This document shows positions 56,707 through 64,000 of a stretch of 64,000 nucleotides of DNA, one piece after another. The notes beneath the pieces are model-generated. The model had not been told where the DNA came from, ran no database searches, and was given only the letters and a program-made list of their open reading frames with translations. A program made the position numbers and the translations under genes. Position 1 is the stretch's first letter. Every line of letters begins with the position of its first letter. This DNA is from a virus. Lineage: Duplodnaviria; Caudoviricetes. The stretch spans positions 1,549 through 65,548 of IMG/VR virus record IMGVR_UViG_3300028394_000078, one strand, 5' to 3'.

Positions 56707-59001
56707 TTAAGAACCAGTTTTAATTGGCTTACCACTACTATCTGTAACAATGCCATTATTGCCAGAACTCAATGTACTACCTTTTAATTGGCCAAGGAAA
56801 CATTCATAATACCCCTTCTTCTTGGCATATATATCAGGTGTGCAGAATCCCACTGCATGAATTGCTTTTTCAACATAGCCTGGATCATTTTGGTCAGTCT
56901 TACATCTATCCAACATGTAGTTGACACTAACTTCTGCTGCTGTGGTTGGGTCATTTAATAACTTAGGATTGTTTAATAAATCTTTGCCTACCATGGCACC
57001 ATATCTATTATAATTACTTCTACCAGTCAATTGAATGTATCCACGCCCAATAAAATTTCCGCCATCGCCTGGTTGCGTATTTCCCAAACCTTTGCCTTTA
57101 CTTGTATTATATCCATATAAAAATTCAGGTAAACTATTATTGGGATTACCTGCATATTTTTGTGCGAGATCTTTATCTCCTTTGAATACGCTAGGAAACA
57201 CTTGCAACAATCTATCAACAGAATAATTAAATCCTTCTTCAACTAATTTCCATCCGCATTCGCCGCCTGCGATACCTAGCAATGCTGCCACAGCATACGG
57301 ACTTGTTAAACCATATTTTGCGCAGGCTGCTTTAATGGCTGCAATACCTGCCTGTGATGCGCTGGCATTAATTGCTTTGGCATATTCCGGTGAGCATGTT
57401 CCTGGCACAATCTCAGGTTGGTTGGCAGGTTGCTGTGTTTCAGAGACAGGATTTGGTGGGACGCCGGCTGCGGCTCTAGTAGACCCCGGAGTTGTTCCTA
57501 ATGTAGCATCAGTTGCGGAAGGAGAAAACTGAGGCGGATTTATATTTTCATGCTGGGGCCAGGGCTCGTGTGTTGGCACACGTTGCATAATAGTTTTAAT
57601 AGTGCCTGTGTTATAAAATTTACTGTCACTCCACCCCCACTGAATTTGTTTGTCAGGTAAACTATAAATTGTTAATAGTGGTGGTAATTCAGCCGGTGCT
57701 GGAGTTGCTGGTGTATTAGCAGCAGGACCATTCCAATGTACTTGCGCTCCTATTCCGACAATATTCCCATTGGCCAATAAACTTAATGTTGCCGCAGTAC
57801 CCAAATTAAGATTACCTTCTGATGTAAAATTAATGGTGCCTTCAGCCGCCTGTTTTATATCTTTTGTAGAACTTAAATTATAAGTATTTCCCACAGTTAT
57901 CTTAACTTCATCGCCGATTGATTCGTCGTGGCTTCCTCTAATAGCAATCTTTTGATCTTGATCTACAGTAAGATAATTATAACCTGTAATATTAGTTTCC
58001 ATATTCTTACCGGCTTTAACATGAATGTTACGTCCTGCTTCAAAATTAATATCTCTATCAGCACGGAAATTAAAATCGTGTTCTGAATGTATACTAATAC
58101 TATCATGTGCGTATATGTCTATCTTGCCATTTGAAGTTAGTTCAATCCATGTACTTCCTTGACTATTTCCTATATAAATTAAATCTTGGCTGTTATGCAT
58201 CAATATTTGATGTCCTGTTCTGGTACGAATTCTAACTAATTCATTTTGTCCATTGACATCACCATCATCCATTACAAAAGTCGTGCCGCCCAGTCTACTA
58301 ACAGGTGCGGCTGTTCCTGCACCATATCCTATATTACCTCGTTTAGCACCTGCACTAGTATCTAATGGGCCTGGTGTTGAAATACCAAATACACTACTTG
58401 GAACTTCCCTACGGGCACCACTAGAGGTAACTCCCCTTACTGTGTCTAGTAATAATCCTTGTTGCATAAGTCTATCTGCAAAAGGATGAATAGGTTTAGC
58501 AAATCTTTCAGGATTAGGGTTTTGTAAATCTTTTGATTTTTTATGAAACTCTGCTACAGGTAAGTAATCTGTTCCATACTTCCTACGTTGTTCATCAGTC
58601 ATTTCTACCTGACGACTAGCTGCAATACCGGGCATCATATGATTTTGGAAAGTATCAGGTATACATCCTATCCAATAACCTTGATTAGGGTCGCCGTCAA
58701 TAAAAATAACCATAACAGTTGTACCTATATCAGGCGGAACCATCCACATACCATAACTTTTTTGTACATCGTTGAAGTCGCTGCTATTTGTTCCTTCATA
58801 TCTTAACGAGGTAGTTCCTGCAAAAGGAGACAATTGTCTGACTACATATGTTTCACCTTGAGATTTTGTTACACTAGGTATACCTTTAATTAATGCAACT
58901 TCTAATCCACCCATATATGTAGGATCAAGATGACTGGTCACTTCGGCTAAAAATGGCCCAGGTGTAGGCAGTGACGATCGTGTTCTTTTTTCAAAACCCA
59001 T
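56707..59001 (-). CDS. baseplate hub/spike (gp5/VgrG-like) with C-terminal GH19 glycoside hydrolase
   Basis: PDIGTTV.V.FIDGD OB-fold, RTRTGH, beta-helix repeats, GRGYIQLTGRSNY. Confidence 0.85.
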   Translation of the reverse strand: MGFEKRTRSSLPTPGPFLAEVTSHLDPTYMGGLEVALIKGIPSVTKSQGETYVVRQLSPFAGTTSLRYEGTNSSDFNDVQKSYGMWMVPPDIGTTVMVIFIDGDPNQGYWIGCIPDTFQNHMMPGIAASRQVEMTDEQRRKYGTDYLPVAEFHKKSKDLQNPNPERFAKPIHPFADRLMQQGLLLDTVRGVTSSGARREVPSSVFGISTPGPLDTSAGAKRGNIGYGAGTAAPVSRLGGTTFVMDDGDVNGQNELVRIRTRTGHQILMHNSQDLIYIGNSQGSTWIELTSNGKIDIYAHDSISIHSEHDFNFRADRDINFEAGRNIHVKAGKNMETNITGYNYLTVDQDQKIAIRGSHDESIGDEVKITVGNTYNLSSTKDIKQAAEGTINFTSEGNLNLGTAATLSLLANGNIVGIGAQVHWNGPAANTPATPAPAELPPLLTIYSLPDKQIQWGWSDSKFYNTGTIKTIMQRVPTHEPWPQHENINPPQFSPSATDATLGTTPGSTRAAAGVPPNPVSETQQPANQPEIVPGTCSPEYAKAINASASQAGIAAIKAACAKYGLTSPYAVAALLGIAGGECGWKLVEEGFNYSVDRLLQVFPSVFKGDKDLAQKYAGNPNNSLPEFLYGYNTSKGKGLGNTQPGDGGNFIGRGYIQLTGRSNYNRYGAMVGKDLLNNPKLLNDPTTAAEVSVNYMLDRCKTDQNDPGYVEKAIHAVGFCTPDIYAKKKGYYECFLGQLKGSTLSSGNNGIVTDSSGKPIKTGS

Positions 59002-59006
59002 AATTA

Positions 59007-62000
59007 TTATCCATAAAAGTCATTTAGATCAGACGGTGATTGTTTAGATGTCGGATTTAGTCTACTAACTAGTTTATCTAATGGACTTTGTCCTGCTGTA
59101 TTGCTTCCAAACTTTGAAGATACCGATTCTGAAAAGCCAGCATCTGGTATATTAGGTTGGTTTGTATATCCGCCTACCATAGATTTTGCTGAACTTAATT
59201 TATCCTTCATTGAATTTATGTCAACTAGGTTGTATGAACCAGTTAGATTTGAATAAGGATTATTACTTACACTAGGTGTTCCTGCTTGAGCAGCAGAAAC
59301 TAATTCTCGAGGAACTAGATTACTGGACAACTTACTTGGACTATTAACACCATACAAGTTTTCAAGAGCAGGCATTCCGCCTCGAGCAACTACTTCTTTA
59401 GCATATCCTACATCAGCACTTGGTATAGGAGCAGTGGCATATGGTGGAGTAGCCGGAATATTGGCCATTTTATTGGCAGGTATATAATCTAAAACAAGAC
59501 CTGCCGATGATGCTTGTGTTAAATTTACATTTTCAGGAGTACTATCAACTATATTAGAAACTTGATTTTGTAATTTACTTTGTAAACCGCCACCAGTTAG
59601 TCCGGATAATCTACTAGGATCTAATCCTACCTTAGCAGCAATACCCCGAGGATCTGACGGAGAAGACATTAAAGAAGTAATTTTATTTCCTATCCCTCCA
59701 ACTAAATTTCCTATACCCTTGCCTATACCTTGAACTGCTGTAAGCGAATTTGGACCTAAATCTTTAGAGATACCAGATATGTTACTAATATTACCTACTC
59801 CGAGAGATGTAGGATTAATATTTGCTCCTTGTTTGACATCAAGCGAAGTTAAACCATTTGGGAATGTAGAAATAGGTGTTATTGAATATGACGCCCCTTT
59901 ACCTATTCCTGATCCCACATTAGGAATATTGAGAGACGACCCAATAGAATTATTGATAAAAATACTACCTAACGTTTGTGAAAGATTGTTAGATGGCAAA
60001 TTTCCAGATAATATATTAGCAGCAGAATCTAAATTTGCAGCAGGTTGTAATGATAATTGGCTTAATCCTACTAGTCCAGACGATTGCAATCTTATATTAG
60101 ATGATATATCATTTGTATCTGGTAATGATTGGCCAATTATAGAAGTTTCTATCATAGGATTTCCAGATCTGGAAATTAACCCATATGTTTGATTTAATAA
60201 ACTAGGATTTGAGCCGCCTAGTCCCCCAGTTGCATCTGTAAAGTTACTAAGTTCTCCAGGTAATCCCTGGCTAGGTAGTCCTCTATTTAACTGGTCCATC
60301 ACTGTTTCAGAATCCATACGCTGCTCTGGACTTTGTGCTCTTGTATCATCAGGTATTAATTGTGAAGTAGGATTAGGAGAAGTAACTAAATTATCGGCCG
60401 GATCTGTAGCACGTAGATTAGAATCGATTACTTGTCCAGGTATTCTTAAAATATCTAATTTTTGTTTGAATACGCCATCCTTAAAACTACTAGCAACTTT
60501 TAATATTCTATAAACTCCGCTAAAAGGAACACGGTTAGCATCAAATTGCATCATGCCACCATTTTCAAAACTATTGATGTCAATGGGATTCCTAAAATTT
60601 ATAGTAACTAAAATTTCACCATAGTTATGATTTGCTTCTCCTTTATCTGTTTTTCCTCTCTTTGAAGTATCGGGTTTTGCTTTGTAATTTCCAATTCCTC
60701 CTGTTACAAGATAAAATGGATCTCCTAATATTTCCATTTCTCCTGTCAACATACTGGCTTTAGAATTAATTACAGCATCATGCATATTTCTTGCCAATGT
60801 ACTATATGGGTCGCTTAATGGTTGGCTAGCATTTCCACCATATGATTGAATAGGGGTAGTAGTTGGCTTTACAGGACTTGAAGGAACTTGTTGTCTTTGT
60901 AATCTTGCATTTGATCTAGCATTAACTTGCTCATTAGTTTTTAAACTATCATCAGAATTAATTTTAACTTCTGGGCTATTATCAGGTGCGGCAGCATTTT
61001 TTGGTTGAGGTTGATCCTTATTACCCATTGCTGCTGGTACTGCTTCAAAGAATAGTGTATTAAAATTAAGTTTAAAATTTAAAACGTCAACATTTTGTCC
61101 AGTGTAAATGTAATTATATTCTCTTAAACTTATCTTTTTTAGATCTTCTTCTTTAATAATATCATGACCGTAATTAGGTACTCGACTTATATGTATTTTA
61201 TAAGGAGTTATAACGTATATATATTTTTGATATGGTTTTTGTGACACTTCATCTATAACATCTAAATTTTCAACTTCCATTTTAATAAGAAAATAATCTA
61301 ACATGCCGTATTGATCAGGATTGTTTGGACGTTTTCCTATATTTTTTAATATATCTCTTACATATTCACTATCTCTAATAACTGATGTTATAGCATCATT
61401 AATGTTCATGCCTTCCGCAAACTGAATAGAACTTTCTTTAGGATTATATTTTACACTTTCTGGTTGTTTTGCTTGTTGGGCAGGAGTAGGTTGTGCTGCA
61501 CCATCAACTTTATAAGCATTGGGTGAGCCAGGAGCAGCCGGGTCAATCATTGCATATAGTTTATTGTCTTTTAATACTTCGGTAAATTTTGCATCAGCAA
61601 TCTTAGAAGGAGGACCATCTATAAATCCTTGTTTTTCGTCCCACACTGGAAATTTAATTTCGTATACATTATGTTTAGTTTTATATGTGCCTTCTTTACC
61701 TGCTTCATCAGATATAGCAACTTGGCTATTAATATTAGCAATAAAATCATTCAATATTGCCCTAACAGTTTCACCTACCATCTTAATAGGTTTCTTAACC
61801 ACGTTAGGTTCTCCAAATGCTCTTTCATTATAAGGAACTGCTGTACATTTATATCTAGTACCTCTTTCAGTTATATCAACATCTACACCTGTTAGACCAA
61901 ATACATAATAACGTTCAGTGTCTTTGATTAGTTCCGGTTCTGGAAAATCTCCAACGTCGGGATAACCCCAAAATTCCATTTTAAGTAAAAAACTAGCCTG

Positions 62001-62603
62001 TAGATAACTCGGATACCCCGCAGCAACTGCCGATATATGCATTGCTTCTATGAATCCGTTAATACTATAAGGTTCTATAACTTCAAATTTAATTTGTGTT
62101 GGTAAACTAGTATTGCCCTCTTCACTAAATGTCATTATGCTATCAATTTCAACATTTTCAATAAACATATCAAATCGGCCGGGGCTGTCTTTGTTGAACC
62201 CAGCAGTCAGTTCTTGATTTTTAGACAATGCTGCATCAGCAGATGCTTTATTAACTACTTTAGAATACTTGTCATAGTTCTCACCCGAATCATCTAATTT
62301 TTTTGAATCAGTTAATTGAGTATCACTTAATCTTGTTTGTGGACTTAATCCCGTAAATCCTTTACCACCGGATCTTAGTATAACAAATTTTAATTGACTA
62401 TTTCTATATGATTCAGGGTCTTTAAGATTACTATTATCAAGTGCAGCCATTGTGAAATGATAAGTTACAGATCTATAGTCATTAAGTGGATTTTTTTCAC
62501 TTGACTGTTCTACAATTTGTTTAGATTCTGTTTCATATTTTTCATCAGGAGTTTTTTCAGTTTTTTTACTGACATTATCTGATTGAGGTGCTTCTTCTGC
62601 CAT
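59007..62603 (-). CDS. baseplate hub-like protein with long low-complexity C-terminus
   Basis: Lies between gp53- and gp5-like genes; ILGDP...SGVYRILKV.S.F.DG.F.QKL. Confidence 0.65.
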   Translation of the reverse strand: MAEEAPQSDNVSKKTEKTPDEKYETESKQIVEQSSEKNPLNDYRSVTYHFTMAALDNSNLKDPESYRNSQLKFVILRSGGKGFTGLSPQTRLSDTQLTDSKKLDDSGENYDKYSKVVNKASADAALSKNQELTAGFNKDSPGRFDMFIENVEIDSIMTFSEEGNTSLPTQIKFEVIEPYSINGFIEAMHISAVAAGYPSYLQASFLLKMEFWGYPDVGDFPEPELIKDTERYYVFGLTGVDVDITERGTRYKCTAVPYNERAFGEPNVVKKPIKMVGETVRAILNDFIANINSQVAISDEAGKEGTYKTKHNVYEIKFPVWDEKQGFIDGPPSKIADAKFTEVLKDNKLYAMIDPAAPGSPNAYKVDGAAQPTPAQQAKQPESVKYNPKESSIQFAEGMNINDAITSVIRDSEYVRDILKNIGKRPNNPDQYGMLDYFLIKMEVENLDVIDEVSQKPYQKYIYVITPYKIHISRVPNYGHDIIKEEDLKKISLREYNYIYTGQNVDVLNFKLNFNTLFFEAVPAAMGNKDQPQPKNAAAPDNSPEVKINSDDSLKTNEQVNARSNARLQRQQVPSSPVKPTTTPIQSYGGNASQPLSDPYSTLARNMHDAVINSKASMLTGEMEILGDPFYLVTGGIGNYKAKPDTSKRGKTDKGEANHNYGEILVTINFRNPIDINSFENGGMMQFDANRVPFSGVYRILKVASSFKDGVFKQKLDILRIPGQVIDSNLRATDPADNLVTSPNPTSQLIPDDTRAQSPEQRMDSETVMDQLNRGLPSQGLPGELSNFTDATGGLGGSNPSLLNQTYGLISRSGNPMIETSIIGQSLPDTNDISSNIRLQSSGLVGLSQLSLQPAANLDSAANILSGNLPSNNLSQTLGSIFINNSIGSSLNIPNVGSGIGKGASYSITPISTFPNGLTSLDVKQGANINPTSLGVGNISNISGISKDLGPNSLTAVQGIGKGIGNLVGGIGNKITSLMSSPSDPRGIAAKVGLDPSRLSGLTGGGLQSKLQNQVSNIVDSTPENVNLTQASSAGLVLDYIPANKMANIPATPPYATAPIPSADVGYAKEVVARGGMPALENLYGVNSPSKLSSNLVPRELVSAAQAGTPSVSNNPYSNLTGSYNLVDINSMKDKLSSAKSMVGGYTNQPNIPDAGFSESVSSKFGSNTAGQSPLDKLVSRLNPTSKQSPSDLNDFYG

Positions 62604-62604
62604 A

Positions 62605-62898
62605 TTAAATTCCTAGTACAGATTTAAGGGTAGACATTTTAGGAAGATATATTTTTACACCTGCTTTTAAATCATATATAGGATCTTTAATAATGGTTTT
62701 ATTACGAACTGCAAAAACCCACCATAATCTAGAATCTTTATAGACATCATTGGCAAGTAAATCTGGCCTATTTTCATATGTTGCTGTTACTTCAAATAGT
62801 ATATCATCTCGTTCGCTAGGAATATCTCTAAATTCTATAACATCGAGATACCCGTTTGTTACAGATGTTTTATAATAAGGACTAGTATTGTTATACAT
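62605..62898 (-). CDS. baseplate protein gp53-like (LysM-like)
   Basis: RPDLLA..VY.D..LWWV...N...DP. Confidence 0.85.
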   Translation of the reverse strand: MYNNTSPYYKTSVTNGYLDVIEFRDIPSERDDILFEVTATYENRPDLLANDVYKDSRLWWVFAVRNKTIIKDPIYDLKAGVKIYLPKMSTLKSVLGI

Positions 62899-63725
62899 TA
62901 TATAAATCCTTCACCGGCAAATGTTCCGGCAAGATATCCAGTAACTGAAAATCGTTGCATCTCGCTTCTGCTGTACATTGGCAAGCATGTAACTGCTATT
63001 GTAGACATTACAGGAACTGATGCTTTTCCATAATACTTACTGTCGTAAAAAAAATAATCAACTGAATCAGGAAGTTCTACCCTAAAACTAGTAATTACTA
63101 CTGGGACATTTTTTAACATAAACTCACCGTAAGCATCAAGTCGACATACTGGCGGAGGTGCACCACTATCACGATCGCCGGTTGAGCCGCCTGAACGCAT
63201 TTTAGTTAATGCTTTTAATAATTTTACTGTAGAAAGATACATTCCAGCATCTACCCAATTTTCTACAGAAAATTTTCCAGTAATACTAATTGATCCAACA
63301 CTACTTCTTTGATAAAAATTAATAGGAAAGTTTGAATGTAATGGATTTGAAGCAGTATAGTCTGCTTTAACTTCAAAACTAATACTAGGCGTGAATGGAA
63401 AAATTATTCCTCCTAAGTTTTCTAATTGATTACCTGGGCCTGTTGTACTATCTACTAGATATTTTCTCGGAACCCGTATACGTACACGCATTGATTCTTC
63501 TGATGTACTTTCATCAATTCCATCTGCATTTTTATATGCAGTTTCGGCTTCTATTGGTTGTTCTGGTTCAGCTCCATCCGGTACACCCGGTACATCTCGT
63601 TCTCCGAATGCAGGTCCACCTTGTACGCCGCGGCCGCCGCCAGTGCCGCCGGCCCATGCAAGAGATTCGCCTGTATTATTAAGTATTCCTCTGCCTGCAC
63701 CGGCGGTCATTAAATTATCTGCCAT
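62898..63725 (-). CDS. baseplate tail-tube initiator/cap (gp48/gp54-like)
   Basis: IIFPFTP...PPPVCRL.AYG...NVPVVITSF. Confidence 0.7.
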   Translation of the reverse strand: MADNLMTAGAGRGILNNTGESLAWAGGTGGGRGVQGGPAFGERDVPGVPDGAEPEQPIEAETAYKNADGIDESTSEESMRVRIRVPRKYLVDSTTGPGNQLENLGGIIFPFTPSISFEVKADYTASNPLHSNFPINFYQRSSVGSISITGKFSVENWVDAGMYLSTVKLLKALTKMRSGGSTGDRDSGAPPPVCRLDAYGEFMLKNVPVVITSFRVELPDSVDYFFYDSKYYGKASVPVMSTIAVTCLPMYSRSEMQRFSVTGYLAGTFAGEGFI

Positions 63726-63748
63726 GATCTATAATTTCCTATATAGTG

Positions 63749-63754
63749 TATTTA
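63749..63754 (-). promoter_or_regulatory. late promoter heading the baseplate operon
   Basis: TAAATA on the minus strand, followed by AGGA SD. Confidence 0.6.
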
Positions 63755-63785
63755 ACCAATAAATAAAATGCTCTTATAACAATTG

Positions 63786-63815
63786 TTGACATTTGAATTA
63801 CAAATGTGTTAAACT
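63786..63815 (+). promoter_or_regulatory. sigma70-type promoter
   Basis: TTGACA-18-TAAACT with TG extension. Confidence 0.6.
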
Positions 63816-63843
63816 GCTACAACCAAGGAAAATAATAATAACA

Positions 63844-64000
63844 ATGACCACACACATATCCCCAACCGGAAAGAAAGTGAAATATTTAAATAATCGTGAT
63901 TTATTGTCAGAGATACATAGGAGTAAATGCTCGTTTAGCAGTTATATATTACCCGAATATCAACAACATGATATAATTTTAACTAATATAGATAAGGTTA
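63844..64000 (+). CDS. late sigma factor gp55-like, 5' part (truncated by window edge)
   Basis: MTTHISPTGKKVKYLNNRDLLSEIHRSK resembles the T4 gp55 YVNNKELL motif. Confidence 0.6.
   Translation, partial: MTTHISPTGKKVKYLNNRDLLSEIHRSKCSFSSYILPEYQQHDIILTNIDKV

Noticed and set aside
385-63682. Many short antisense or alternate-frame ORFs in the track (e.g. 3955-4620, 21869-22282, 45270-45620)
   Set aside because: They shadow well-supported genes and lack motifs or RBS
1-64000. Stop-codon reassignment
   Set aside because: Genes are long and densely packed in the standard code, and TAA, TGA and TAG all end genes at sensible places
1-64000. tRNA or rRNA genes; apparent GATC abundance as a modification target
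   Set aside because: No cloverleaf or rRNA sequence seen in the short intergenic gaps; k-mer enrichment cannot be judged without computation

Overview
64 kb of an AT-rich, large T4-like (myovirus-type) phage genome read in the standard genetic code. Identifications come from motif recognition, not database searches. The + strand (0.2-33.3 kb) carries a holin-like gene, a DnaJ/Def/ClpA operon and a late cluster of modular, probably head-packaged proteins (6.3-15 kb). It continues with a family B DNA polymerase and a putative clamp, a 7-deazaguanine-type DNA-modification locus (TGT/DpdA-like, QueD-like, glycosyltransferase, cupin, QueE, plus an inverted radical SAM gene), a 5'-3' exonuclease, a MoxR/VWA pair and thyA. 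The - strand (33.3-63.7 kb) is a baseplate/tail operon with gp54/48-, gp53-, hub-, gp5-, gp25- and gp6-like genes, a 4922-aa protein and three paralogous fibre proteins. A gp55-like late sigma factor begins at the right edge. The best candidate for an undescribed system is the 6.3-15 kb cluster. These polyproteins have T4-CTS-like N-termini and are built from modules ending in Glu, and several modules are bounded by a GC-rich DNA repeat (GGTGTGGCGGA(A)GG, encoding GVAE) that looks conserved at the DNA level. The cargo includes three different nucleotidyltransferase folds, an HExxH peptidase, an ART-like domain, a SOD and a buried Tat signal peptide.
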